From Bacteroidota bacterium (GTDB taxonomy: Bacteria > Bacteroidota > Bacteroidia > UBA7662 > JAYWHZ01): a stretch of 25,942 nt of DNA. Shown in pieces: positions 8,200 through 16,551 of the stretch. Positions within the stretch are counted from its first letter, which is position 1, and each line of letters starts with the position of its first letter. The notes beneath the pieces are model-generated. The model did no database searches. It had not been told where the DNA came from and saw only the letters and a list, made by a program, of their open reading frames with translations. Location of the stretch: NCBI GenBank assembly GCA_043777395.1, contig JAYWHZ010000356.1, positions 1 through 25,942 on the forward strand, given 5' to 3'. Made by a program: the position numbers and the translations under genes.

Positions 8200-9732
8200 A
8201 TGTCTATGAGTAGAAAAGTCAGAGTTCGTTTTGCCCCAAGCCCCACAGGACCTTTGCACCCAGGCGGCGTTCGAACCGCATTGTTCAATTATTTGTTTGC
8301 CAAACAGCACGGCGGCGATTTCATTTTACGGATAGAAGACACTGACCAAAACCGTTTTGTAGAAGGTGCCGAACAGTTTATCATCAATTCATTGGCTTGG
8401 TGCGGCATTGCCTTTGACGAAGGCGTACACATACCCGGTGGCAAATATGCACCATACAGGCAGTCTGAACGCAAGCCGATGTATCGAGAATTTGCGATGC
8501 GTCTGGTTGAAACGGGCAACGCCTACTATGCTTTTGATACCACCGAAGAGCTCGATGCCATGCGTGAAATTCATAAAAAAGCCTACAACACCGTTACTCG
8601 GTTTAACATGAAAAATAGCCTTACGCTACCGCAAGACGAGGTTCAAAATAAATTAGACAACAACGAACCTTACGTCATTCGCTTCAAAATGCCCAGAAAT
8701 GAAGATGTTAAAGTTTTTGACCTCATCAGAAATTGGGTTACATTCAACAGCACCGAACTCGACGACAAGGTCTTATTCAAATCTGACGGCATGCCAACCT
8801 ATCACCTTGCCAATGTGGTGGACGATTATTTGATGCAAATCACACACGTTATCAGAGGCGAGGAATGGCTGCCGTCGCTCCCACTCCACGTGTTGCTCTA
8901 CAAAGCCTTTGGCTGGGAAGATGCCATGCCTCATTTTGCCCATCTGCCCTTGCTGCTCAAACCCGACGGCAACGGAAAACTCTCCAAAAGAGACGGCGAT
9001 AAACTCGGTATGCCTTTTTATGCCATCGAATGGAACAACCCAGAAACCAACGAAAAAACGTTAGGCTACAAAGAAAATGGTTTTTTGCCCGAAGCCTACA
9101 TCAATTTCTTGGTGCTTTTGGGCTGGAATCCAGGCGAAAACAAAGAATTGATGACCGTAGAAGAGATGATAGACCTTTTTTCGATAGAACGGATTTCTAA
9201 AAGTGGTGCAAGATACGATTTTGACAAGCTCAAATGGTTTAACCAAACTTATCTGCGGCAGATGCCCGAAAAAGAGATAGCCAAAATCATTCAGCCCAAA
9301 CTCAAACAAATTGGTTATGACTTCAACACGCCCTATGTGGTCGAAATGTGTCGCTTGATGAAGGAGCGTTGTGTGGTTTTGAATGATTTTATAGACCGTT
9401 CGATGTATTTTTTTGAAGCACCAAAGGTCTTTGATACGGTCGTGATTTCTAAAAAATGGATTGGCAAAAACCCTCAAATCATGGCTCAGACTTGCGAAAA
9501 ATATCAAAGTCTAAAATCTTTTTCGGCTCAGGATAGCGAAGATGCTTTGCAAGCTGTTTGCGACCAAAACGAGGTCTCGAAAGGCAGTGTTTTGCAGGCA
9601 TTGCGGGTTGCCGTAACGGGCGAAGGTGCTGGACCCTCTTTGTTTGAGACCCTCGAATTGTTGGGACAGGCAGAGGTCGTCAAGCGGCTTTCGGCAGCCA
9701 TTTTGGTGTTGAACAAGCAGAACAACGCCTAA
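8200..9732 (+). CDS. gltX: Glutamate--tRNA ligase
   Basis: VRVRFAPSPTG.LH.GG.RTALFN; FILRIEDTD; YRQSER; PTYHLANVVDD..M.ITHVIRGEEWL; KLSKR (KMSKS motif). Start moved from 8137 to ATG 8200 (8206 also possible) because the -7 box lies at 8172. Confidence 0.97.
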   Translation: MSMSRKVRVRFAPSPTGPLHPGGVRTALFNYLFAKQHGGDFILRIEDTDQNRFVEGAEQFIINSLAWCGIAFDEGVHIPGGKYAPYRQSERKPMYREFAMRLVETGNAYYAFDTTEELDAMREIHKKAYNTVTRFNMKNSLTLPQDEVQNKLDNNEPYVIRFKMPRNEDVKVFDLIRNWVTFNSTELDDKVLFKSDGMPTYHLANVVDDYLMQITHVIRGEEWLPSLPLHVLLYKAFGWEDAMPHFAHLPLLLKPDGNGKLSKRDGDKLGMPFYAIEWNNPETNEKTLGYKENGFLPEAYINFLVLLGWNPGENKELMTVEEMIDLFSIERISKSGARYDFDKLKWFNQTYLRQMPEKEIAKIIQPKLKQIGYDFNTPYVVEMCRLMKERCVVLNDFIDRSMYFFEAPKVFDTVVISKKWIGKNPQIMAQTCEKYQSLKSFSAQDSEDALQAVCDQNEVSKGSVLQALRVAVTGEGAGPSLFETLELLGQAEVVKRLSAAILVLNKQNNA

Positions 9733-9736
9733 TTTT

Positions 9737-10726
9737 ATGAAAATACTGGTCGTTCGGTTGAGTTCTATTGGCGATATTGTCTTGACAACGCCGTTGGTCA
9801 GGTGTTTAAAAAAGCAAATTCCAGGTGTTCAGGTTCATTATTTGACCAAATCCCAATTTGAAGGTTTGTTAAGCAATAATCCATACATCGATGCCGTTCA
9901 TACCTTAAAAAAAAGTATGTCTGATACTTTGCAGTCATTAAAAAAAGAACGTTTTGATTTAATTGTTGATTTGCACCACAACTGGCGAACGCTTATCATA
10001 AAAACCTATTTTTGGAGAGTGAAATCGAATTCGTTTGCCAAACTGAACGTCGAAAAATGGTTGATGGTTCATCTTAAAATCGATATATTGCCTCGAAAAC
10101 ACATTGTAGACAGATATTTTGATACCCTCAAACCGTTGAATATTAAAAATGATGGACAAGGCTTAGACTTTTTTATTGATGAGCGTAAAATAGATTTGAA
10201 AGTCATTGAGGATTTGAATTATGTTGCCTTTGTTATTGGTGGTCAGCATTTTACAAAACGACTACCAACTGCCAAGATAGTAGAAATTTGTAGTTTATTG
10301 CCTTGTAAAATTGTTCTTTTGGGTGGAAAAACAGACGAAAAAGAAGGAAAAACGATTGAAGACCAGCTATCTATGACCCAAAATCCTTGCATCAATCTCT
10401 GTGGTAAAATAGACTTAAACCATTCGGCGGCTGTTGTCAAAGGAGCGGCTTTTGTCATCACAAACGACACGGGTTTGATGCACATTGCGGCAGCATTTAA
10501 GCAAAAAATAGTCTCCGTTTGGGGCAATACCATACCCGAATTTGGTATGTCGCCATACATTAAAGACGATAGTTTTAAGGTAGAAGTTCAAAATTTGGGT
10601 TGCCGCCCCTGCTCCAAAATCGGTTTTGACCGCTGTCCCAAAGGGCATTTTAGGTGTATGAACGACATAGAGAGCAATCAAATTGTAGAAATCATAAAAA
10701 ATAACTTAACTTTGTCCCAACATTAA
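9737..10726 (+). CDS. Glycosyltransferase family 9 (RfaF/WaaF heptosyltransferase-like)
   Basis: MKILVVRLSSIGDIVLTTP; FDLIVDLH; NLCGK; VITNDTGLMHIAAA; VWGNT; CRPCSK...CPKGHF.CM. Confidence 0.92.
   Translation: MKILVVRLSSIGDIVLTTPLVRCLKKQIPGVQVHYLTKSQFEGLLSNNPYIDAVHTLKKSMSDTLQSLKKERFDLIVDLHHNWRTLIIKTYFWRVKSNSFAKLNVEKWLMVHLKIDILPRKHIVDRYFDTLKPLNIKNDGQGLDFFIDERKIDLKVIEDLNYVAFVIGGQHFTKRLPTAKIVEICSLLPCKIVLLGGKTDEKEGKTIEDQLSMTQNPCINLCGKIDLNHSAAVVKGAAFVITNDTGLMHIAAAFKQKIVSVWGNTIPEFGMSPYIKDDSFKVEVQNLGCRPCSKIGFDRCPKGHFRCMNDIESNQIVEIIKNNLTLSQH
10707..10714 (+). promoter_or_regulatory. Internal -7 element in the 3' end of the GT9 gene, candidate promoter for the nucleoside phosphorylase
   Basis: TAACTTTG 47 bp upstream of ATG 10761. 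Confidence 0.5.
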
Positions 10727-10760
10727 ACCTTAACCCTCCAAAGTCAAGCACTTGCAACGT

Positions 10761-11627
10761 ATGCCACAAAGTGAAATCATTACCAATAAAGATTTAAGCA
10801 TTTATCACCTTCATTTGTTGCCAGATCAGCTTGCCGATGACATCATTTTTGTGGGCGACCAAGACAGGGTTTCGCAGGTGAGCAAACATTTTGACAAGAT
10901 AGAGTATCAGGTTCAAGCCCGAGAATTTGTAACCCATACGGGATATATTGGCAAAAAAAGGCTGTCGGTCATTTCGACGGGCATCGGAACGGACAATATA
11001 GACATTGTCTTGAATGAAATTGACTTGCTCAAAAACTATGATTTTATCGACCATAAATTTAATCGACACCTCAACAACGACCTCAACATCATCAGAATTG
11101 GTACGTCGGGCGGCATAGGCAAACTGATTGAGGTCGATAGTTTTTTGTTTTCCGAATACGCCATTGGTCTCGACGGGCTTTTGAGTTTCTACAAACACCG
11201 CAACGACGAGGTAGAAGTCAATATTTTGGAGGCTTTCAAACTTAAAAATCAAGCCATTTGCAGGTCGATAAAACCCTATATTGCAGGCGGCGACGAAAAT
11301 TTGAAGAAACAATTTGCCTTTGATATGCCCAATGCCATCACGCTGACTTGCACTGGTTTTTATGCACCACAAGGGCGAACCATGCGTTTTAAGCCTATGT
11401 TTACCAATTTTTTTGAGGGCATCGAAGCCTTTCAATATGGCAAACGCTCTATCAATAATTTTGAGATGGAAACGGCTGGCATCTTGGGTTTGGCATCGGT
11501 TTTTGGGTTCAATGCCTGTTCGCTCAACGCCATTTTAGCCAACAGAACCACCGGAAAATTTAGTGTCAATCCACAAAAAACCATCGATAAACTCATTGTT
11601 CAAACCTTAGAACGCTTTGAACATTAA
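10761..11627 (+). CDS. Nucleoside phosphorylase (PNP/UDP_1, Bacteroidota uridine-phosphorylase-like)
   Basis: SIYHLHL; VGD.DRV; REF.THTG; STGIGTDNIDIVLNE; IIRIGTSG; GFYAPQGR; NFEMET; NAILANR. ATG 10761 preferred over TTG 10752. Confidence 0.9.
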   Translation: MPQSEIITNKDLSIYHLHLLPDQLADDIIFVGDQDRVSQVSKHFDKIEYQVQAREFVTHTGYIGKKRLSVISTGIGTDNIDIVLNEIDLLKNYDFIDHKFNRHLNNDLNIIRIGTSGGIGKLIEVDSFLFSEYAIGLDGLLSFYKHRNDEVEVNILEAFKLKNQAICRSIKPYIAGGDENLKKQFAFDMPNAITLTCTGFYAPQGRTMRFKPMFTNFFEGIEAFQYGKRSINNFEMETAGILGLASVFGFNACSLNAILANRTTGKFSVNPQKTIDKLIVQTLERFEH

Positions 11628-11642
11628 TCGAATAAACAGTAA

Positions 11643-12404
11643 ATGAAAATTAATTTCCTTTTGGTTTCTTTATTATTTTTTGTCTTTAATGCTCATTTTT
11701 GCTTTGCCCAAATGTCTTATCAGGCTAAAAATCCACAGAGAGGAAACCGCAATGTATTGAAAATCAATTTGTTGGCATTGCCCTTCAAAAATATTAACCT
11801 CGAATATGAACGTTTTTGGAGCAGACGTGTTTCGGGTGCTTTGCAGTTTAGTCTGGTGCATAACTACAAGGCGTTGGGTTTGTTTTCGGGTAATGATATT
11901 TTGAAAGATACGCCTTTTGTCTTGCAGTTTACGCCCATTGGTGGCTATTCAGCCGTTGGACAGCTCAGGTTTTATTTGGGTAAAAGCAAATTGCCCCCTG
12001 TTGGGTTCTATTTTTCGCCCTATATCAAACGTTTAAAATACGAATCGAGTATTATTTACCGAGACAACATGAACGAATATAAGGGTCTTGCACGTTTTTC
12101 GAGTACCAATTTTGGTCTAAATCTGGGATACCAATGGCAGATTAAACAACGCATAACCATCGATTGGCAGTTTTTGGGCATCAGCTACAACATCAGTCGT
12201 GGCGGTTTTCAGGTCAATAATTTGCTTGATGGCAATCAGTTTACACGTCAAGTCAAAGATGTTTTGGAAAAATACGCTTTGCTCGGTTTTGTCAGTAGGC
12301 AACTTGGCGTAGGCTCTTTGGTCAATGGCAACTATGTCTTCAATACGCCGCCGCTGGGCTATCCTTCTATGAGGGTTGCTCTGTCGGTGGGCATTGCGTT
12401 TTAG
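11643..12404 (+). CDS. Outer-membrane beta-barrel protein, DUF3575-like
   Basis: Signal peptide CFA|Q; N.LKINLL....NI.LEYER; RFYL....GFYF.PY; G...GYQW......ID...G; C-terminal SVGIAF beta-signal. Confidence 0.75.
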   Translation: MKINFLLVSLLFFVFNAHFCFAQMSYQAKNPQRGNRNVLKINLLALPFKNINLEYERFWSRRVSGALQFSLVHNYKALGLFSGNDILKDTPFVLQFTPIGGYSAVGQLRFYLGKSKLPPVGFYFSPYIKRLKYESSIIYRDNMNEYKGLARFSSTNFGLNLGYQWQIKQRITIDWQFLGISYNISRGGFQVNNLLDGNQFTRQVKDVLEKYALLGFVSRQLGVGSLVNGNYVFNTPPLGYPSMRVALSVGIAF

Positions 12405-12422
12405 GTTTCGTATGCGAATATT

Positions 12423-12956
12423 TTATTCTTCAAAAATAATCTGTTTTTTGTTGTAGTCAATAGATATTTTACCAAATTTTGCCAAGGCAGTCTGTCCCAA
12501 AAGCAAAGGTGCATTGAGATTATCGACGATGGTTGCTTCAATATTTCTGAGGGTCTTGTCTCCGATTTTTACTGTTTTCAATACGATGATATCACCTTCA
12601 TTGACGTTGCCGCTGGCATCCATAAACTTTTCTTTCCCCACAAAATCACTCGCTTCGATTTTGCCTTGACGCTCCAAAAAAATAACTTCGGCTTTTGATA
12701 TTGAAACCGTCGAAGCACCTGTATCGAAAATAAAATCCATCTCTAAACCATTGATTTTGGCAGGCACATAGTAAACGCCACTTTCCTTACGCATTTTTAC
12801 AACCGTTTTGGCAAAAGTCTTATCCTCCAACACATTCACATTTCTTTGTTCGTTGGCACTTGCCAACTGTTTGCGACCCGATTTGGAACAACCCGAACAA
12901 CCCGAAACGAACAAAACTACACTCATCACCAAAATTTGTAGGCACAATTTCTTCAT
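12423..12956 (-). CDS. Retropepsin-like (clan AA) aspartic protease, predicted lipoprotein
   Basis: GVYYVPAKING; FIFDTGAS catalytic motif; LLGQTAL..FG...ID; N-terminal MKK + hydrophobic stretch + VSGC lipobox. ATG at 12956; -7 box (TATTTTTG, minus strand) at 12995-13002. Confidence 0.88.
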   Translation of the reverse strand: MKKLCLQILVMSVVLFVSGCSGCSKSGRKQLASANEQRNVNVLEDKTFAKTVVKMRKESGVYYVPAKINGLEMDFIFDTGASTVSISKAEVIFLERQGKIEASDFVGKEKFMDASGNVNEGDIIVLKTVKIGDKTLRNIEATIVDNLNAPLLLGQTALAKFGKISIDYNKKQIIFEE

Positions 12957-13046
12957 ATCCAATTTAAAAAAGTTATATTTAACAAATCAATTCACAAAAA
13001 TAAGCATTCATTTTTAAATCGAAGGTATTTATTTCCTGAAAAATAG

Positions 13047-13054
13047 TAATTTTG
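13047..13054 (+). promoter_or_regulatory. Bacteroidota -7 element for the NUDIX gene (divergent partner box at 12995-13002, minus strand)
   Basis: TAATTTTG 16 bp before ATG 13071. Confidence 0.6.
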
Positions 13055-13070
13055 CTTTAAAATAGAAAAT

Positions 13071-13664
13071 ATGAACGCAGAAAAAAATATATTGCCCCAA
13101 TCCGCTACACAAACGAGAAATCCTTGGACGGTACTCCACAAAAAAAATATTTACGACAACAATTGGATAGAAGTCTCGCATCACGAAGTCCTTAACCCAA
13201 ATCGCAACGAAGGCATCTACGGTTTGGTTCATTTCAAAAATTTGGCTATTGGCATTGTACCTTACGACAGCGAAGGCAATATTTGGCTTGTGGGGCAGTA
13301 TCGTTTTCCAATCCAACAATATTCGTGGGAAATCGTGGAAGGTGGCGGGCAGATAGGCATCGACCCCATTTTGTCGGCTCAGCGTGAACTCTTGGAAGAA
13401 ACGGGTATCGTGGCTCAAAAATATCTCAAAATAGTAGAAATGCACCTTTCAAACTCGGTCTCTGATGAGTTGGGAATGGTTTTTTTGGTTACAAACCTTA
13501 CCTTTCAGCAAGCCGAACCCGAAGATACCGAACAGCTCACCGTTATCAAAATACCATTTGAGACTGCATACCTTGCTTTGCAAAACGGCGAGATAACCGA
13601 TAGTTTGAGCGTTGCAGCATTGCTCAAAATAAAAATCATGAAATTAGAAGGTCAGTTAATTTAA
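13071..13664 (+). CDS. NUDIX hydrolase (ADP-ribose pyrophosphatase-like)
   Basis: LVGQYRFP...YSWE..EGG; Nudix box core A.RELLEETG; C-terminal GEITD..S. Confidence 0.9.
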   Translation: MNAEKNILPQSATQTRNPWTVLHKKNIYDNNWIEVSHHEVLNPNRNEGIYGLVHFKNLAIGIVPYDSEGNIWLVGQYRFPIQQYSWEIVEGGGQIGIDPILSAQRELLEETGIVAQKYLKIVEMHLSNSVSDELGMVFLVTNLTFQQAEPEDTEQLTVIKIPFETAYLALQNGEITDSLSVAALLKIKIMKLEGQLI

Positions 13665-13679
13665 ACACAAAACAAAAAT

Positions 13680-14903
13680 CTATTCCACATAAAGCACCAA
13701 ACCTTTGAGATAGTCGCCTTCGGGGTGAAATATATTGACGGGGTGGTCGGCAGGCGAAGACAGTCGATGCACAATCTTGACCGTACGTTTGGCATTGATG
13801 GCAGCCGCCAATATGCTTCCTTCAAAACGCTCTCTATCAACGACTTGCGAACACGAAAACGTAAAAATAAAACCGCCAGTGTCCGATATTCTCCTGATAG
13901 CCATTTCGTTCAAACGGGTGTAACCCTTGATGGCTTGATGGCGTTGGTCTATGTGTTTGGCAAACGCTGGCGGGTCAATCACAATGACATCAAACTGCTC
14001 GTAATCGGTGTTGCCTCTATCAATTTTTAGATAATCCATTACGTCATCGGTTTTGTTGGCGTATCGTATGTGTTCGTCAAAACCATTGAGTGCCATATTT
14101 CTAACTGTCAGGTCAATGGCTTTTTGTGAGGAATCAATTGACAACACACTTTTTGCACCCATTTTGGCAGCATAAACCGAAAAACCACCCGAATAGCAAA
14201 ACGCATTCAAAACATTTTTCCCCTCGCAATATCTGCCCAATAACTCTCTGTTGAAGCGTTGATCGATAAAAAAACCTGTTTTTTGCCCTTGCTCCCAATC
14301 GACCACAAACGAATGTCCGTTTTCTAAAACGACATTGTCGGTCATCGAACCAAATAGATAGTCATTGGTTTTGTTTGTTTCTTGGCTTGCAGTAGATTTA
14401 TGGGGTAGCGTGTCGGCACTTTTATCAAAAATAGCCTTCAAATCATTTCCCAACACCGTTTTTAGAGCCTCCACAATGTCGGTTCTGTGGAGATACATGC
14501 CTACCGAATGACATTGAACCACAGCCGTTCCGTTGTAAAAATCGATTATCAATCCTGGCAGTTCGTCGCCTTCGCCGTTGATTAATCTAAAAACATTGGT
14601 CGATGGATTGTTGTCTAAAAAACCCAGTAAACGTCTGTAATTCAGTGCTTTATCAAATTTTTTAATAAAAAAATTGGCGTCAATTGCCGTCTGTTCAAAA
14701 CTCAAAATCCGAACGGCAATGCTGCTATGCGGTTGAAAATGACCTGTGGCAAGGTAGGTTTTGTTGCTAAATATATCTACCAATTCGCCTTCTGCGAGGT
14801 CTTTGGACATTTGGTGAATGGCTCCCGAAAACAGCCAATGGTGCCGACGTAGGATAGACGAAGATTTGTTGTCTTTAATTTGTATTTTTTGATAATTGGA
14901 CAT
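13680..14903 (-). CDS. rlmI: RlmI/RlmK-family SAM-dependent 23S rRNA methyltransferase (PUA + MTase)
   Basis: H.WLFSGAI; FRLINGEGD.LPGLIID; GQKTGFFIDQR.NR; VLNAFCYSGGFS; FDVIVIDPPAF; FTFSCS; DHP....PEG.YLKG. Start at ATG 14903, downstream of the minus-strand -7 box TACCTTTG (14924-14931). Confidence 0.9.
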   Translation of the reverse strand: MSNYQKIQIKDNKSSSILRRHHWLFSGAIHQMSKDLAEGELVDIFSNKTYLATGHFQPHSSIAVRILSFEQTAIDANFFIKKFDKALNYRRLLGFLDNNPSTNVFRLINGEGDELPGLIIDFYNGTAVVQCHSVGMYLHRTDIVEALKTVLGNDLKAIFDKSADTLPHKSTASQETNKTNDYLFGSMTDNVVLENGHSFVVDWEQGQKTGFFIDQRFNRELLGRYCEGKNVLNAFCYSGGFSVYAAKMGAKSVLSIDSSQKAIDLTVRNMALNGFDEHIRYANKTDDVMDYLKIDRGNTDYEQFDVIVIDPPAFAKHIDQRHQAIKGYTRLNEMAIRRISDTGGFIFTFSCSQVVDRERFEGSILAAAINAKRTVKIVHRLSSPADHPVNIFHPEGDYLKGLVLYVE

Positions 14904-14950
14904 ATTTTTTTGAAATTTAAATGCAAAGGTAACAAAAGAAATCGTGTTTT

Positions 14951-14984
14951 TTTGACTAATTTCAAAGCATTTTGTGTAACTTTG
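14951..14984 (+). promoter_or_regulatory. Bacteroidota promoter (-33 TTTG / -7 TAACTTTG) for msrA, back-to-back with the rlmI promoter
   Basis: TTTG 14951-14954 and TAACTTTG 14977-14984; the divergent box is at 14924-14931. Confidence 0.6.
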
Positions 14985-15032
14985 AAACCAATTCATCTCT
15001 TCAAACGTTTATCCATTAAAATAAAAATATTG

Positions 15033-15695
15033 ATGAAAACTATTGCCTTATTACCTCTTTTTTTGGTGTGTTTTTCACTCCTAAACTGTACCCAGGAATC
15101 AACTCAAAATCAACAAAATAATCTCCAAATGAACGAACCACAAACAAATATCAACCCCTCAAACTTGGACACGATCACACTCGGTGCAGGCTGTTTTTGG
15201 TGCGTCGAAGCCGTTTTTCAACAAATGAAAGGTGTCAAAAAAGTAATATCAGGCTACATGGGCGGCTCAATCAAAAATCCGAGCTACCGAGAAGTTTGCA
15301 CCGGACGAACAGGACACGCCGAAGTATGCCAAATCATTTATGACACAACCGAAACCACTTTCGACGAAATATTGGAGGTCTTTTGGCAAACACACGACCC
15401 AACAACACTCAACAGACAAGGTGGCGACATAGGCACGCAATACCGAAGTGCCATTTTTTATCATAACGACACCCAAAAAGAAATATCCGAACAATATTTG
15501 GTAAAATTAAACCAAAATAAAGTTTTTGATAACCCAATTGTTACCGAAATTGTGCCTGCCGTAGAATTTTATGTAGCAGAAGATTATCACCAAAACTATT
15601 TTAATGAAAACGGCGAACAAGCCTATTGCCAAATGGTTGTAAAACCAAAAGTTGAGAAGTTTAAAAAAGTTTTTAAAGATAAAATGAAAAAATAA
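15033..15695 (+). CDS. msrA: Peptide-methionine (S)-S-oxide reductase MsrA with lipoprotein signal peptide
   Basis: GAGCFWCVEA; GYMGG; P.YREVC.G.TGHAEV; HDPTTLNRQG.D.GTQYRSAIF; AEDYHQNY; YC. Start at ATG 15033 (MKTIALLPLFLVCFSLLNC). Confidence 0.95.
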   Translation: MKTIALLPLFLVCFSLLNCTQESTQNQQNNLQMNEPQTNINPSNLDTITLGAGCFWCVEAVFQQMKGVKKVISGYMGGSIKNPSYREVCTGRTGHAEVCQIIYDTTETTFDEILEVFWQTHDPTTLNRQGGDIGTQYRSAIFYHNDTQKEISEQYLVKLNQNKVFDNPIVTEIVPAVEFYVAEDYHQNYFNENGEQAYCQMVVKPKVEKFKKVFKDKMKK

Positions 15696-15778
15696 TTTTT
15701 TCAAAAAGATATATTTTTACCTTATTATTAAAACCTTACTAAAATTTTTGTTTTTATTAGTTGCATTTTTAGATTAAT

Positions 15779-15807
15779 ATTTATTACCAATTTATTTATT
15801 ACCAATT
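15779..15807. repeat. 14-bp tandem direct repeat
   Basis: ATTTATTACCAATT at 15779-15792 and 15794-15807. Confidence 0.7.
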
Positions 15808-15875
15808 GTTTTGTTGTTGATTACATGTTTGTGGCGTTCGTTACACAGTAAATCAAACCTGTTACCAGTTTTTTA

Positions 15876-15905
15876 TTTGGGTAACGAATATATGAGCTAA
15901 CTTTG
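15876..15905 (+). promoter_or_regulatory. Bacteroidota promoter (-33 TTTG / -7 TAACTTTG) for ORF 15949
   Basis: TTTG 15876-15879 and TAACTTTG 15898-15905. Confidence 0.6.
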
Positions 15906-15948
15906 CATGTCAATTTAAATTCATTCAATACACAAAATTTTCAGGCTT

Positions 15949-16374
15949 ATGTTATCAAAAATAGTATTGATTCTCGCCATTTTTTCATCTTCGACCGCTT
16001 TTAATAGCATGGCTATCCACCAAGCACCCAAACCTGCCCCTACTCCACCGCAAATCGTCGTTTCTAAAATAAAACCAACGGCGGATTGGCTCACCAAATC
16101 CGAAAACACCAACACATTTTCGCTTTTGGCAGTGATTTTTGCTGCTTTGCCTGTCCTCATGTGGATTGTACTCTACGCAGGTCTCACCTATATCCCATTT
16201 ATTATTCCCACACTTTTTGCCCTCGCATCACTTACGTTGGGCATCATTGGGTTCACAAAAGCAAAAAAAGTTGGAAAAACCAAAGGCATGCCGTTTTGGG
16301 GCTTGATAGCTGGCGTTTTTGTTTCGCTTTTTGCCCTGATTGGTTTCTGGATTATTGCTTTTTCATTTGGCTGA
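15949..16374 (+). CDS. Small membrane protein with signal peptide, Pro-rich linker and 3 hydrophobic helices (DUF4190-like C-terminus)
   Basis: Hydrophobic N-terminus; PKPAPTPPQ linker; LA.LTLGIIG..KAKK.GK.KGM..WGLI.G resembles the DUF4190 helix-basic loop-helix pattern; has its own promoter. Confidence 0.65.
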   Translation: MLSKIVLILAIFSSSTAFNSMAIHQAPKPAPTPPQIVVSKIKPTADWLTKSENTNTFSLLAVIFAALPVLMWIVLYAGLTYIPFIIPTLFALASLTLGIIGFTKAKKVGKTKGMPFWGLIAGVFVSLFALIGFWIIAFSFG

Positions 16375-16413
16375 TTTTTATTCTAAAAATACAAAAATTT
16401 TAAAATTTATTTC

Positions 16414-16517
16414 TTTTTAGTTGCATTTATCCACTTAATTTATAATTTCCTATCTTCTTTGCGGCAAACAACATTTAAAGTGTTATTTTTTAGTTGCGTT
16501 TATCCACTTAATTTATA
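16414..16517. repeat. Two 31-bp direct repeats separated by a 42-bp spacer
   Basis: TTTTTAGTTGC(A/G)TTTATCCACTTAATTTATA at 16414-16444 and 16487-16517, one mismatch. Confidence 0.9.
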
Positions 16518-16551
16518 TATTTTTCCTAAAACTTTTTATTATTTTGAAATC

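Noticed and set aside
10794-11435. 213-aa antisense ORF (and similar antisense ORFs such as 18351-18992, 22355-22876, 9061-9507, 13029-13445)
   Set aside because: Shadows of well-supported genes on the opposite strand, with no family motifs.
13335-13410. NUDIX box lacking the first conserved Glu (GGGQIGIDP)
   Set aside because: The catalytic REUXEEXG core is intact and this position varies among homologues; not evidence of inactivation.
14880-15032. Long N-terminal extensions called by the ORF track for msrA, rlmI (14996), gltX (8137), ORF 16459 and omp85 (18096)
   Set aside because: The extensions run through promoter boxes or AT-rich intergenic DNA. Downstream starts give clean signal peptides or family N-termini.
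16414-16517. CRISPR mini-array (31-bp repeats, 42-bp spacer)
   Set aside because: Only two repeats, AT-rich and non-palindromic, with no cas genes or leader. The core motif recurs upstream of another gene, which fits a regulatory site better.
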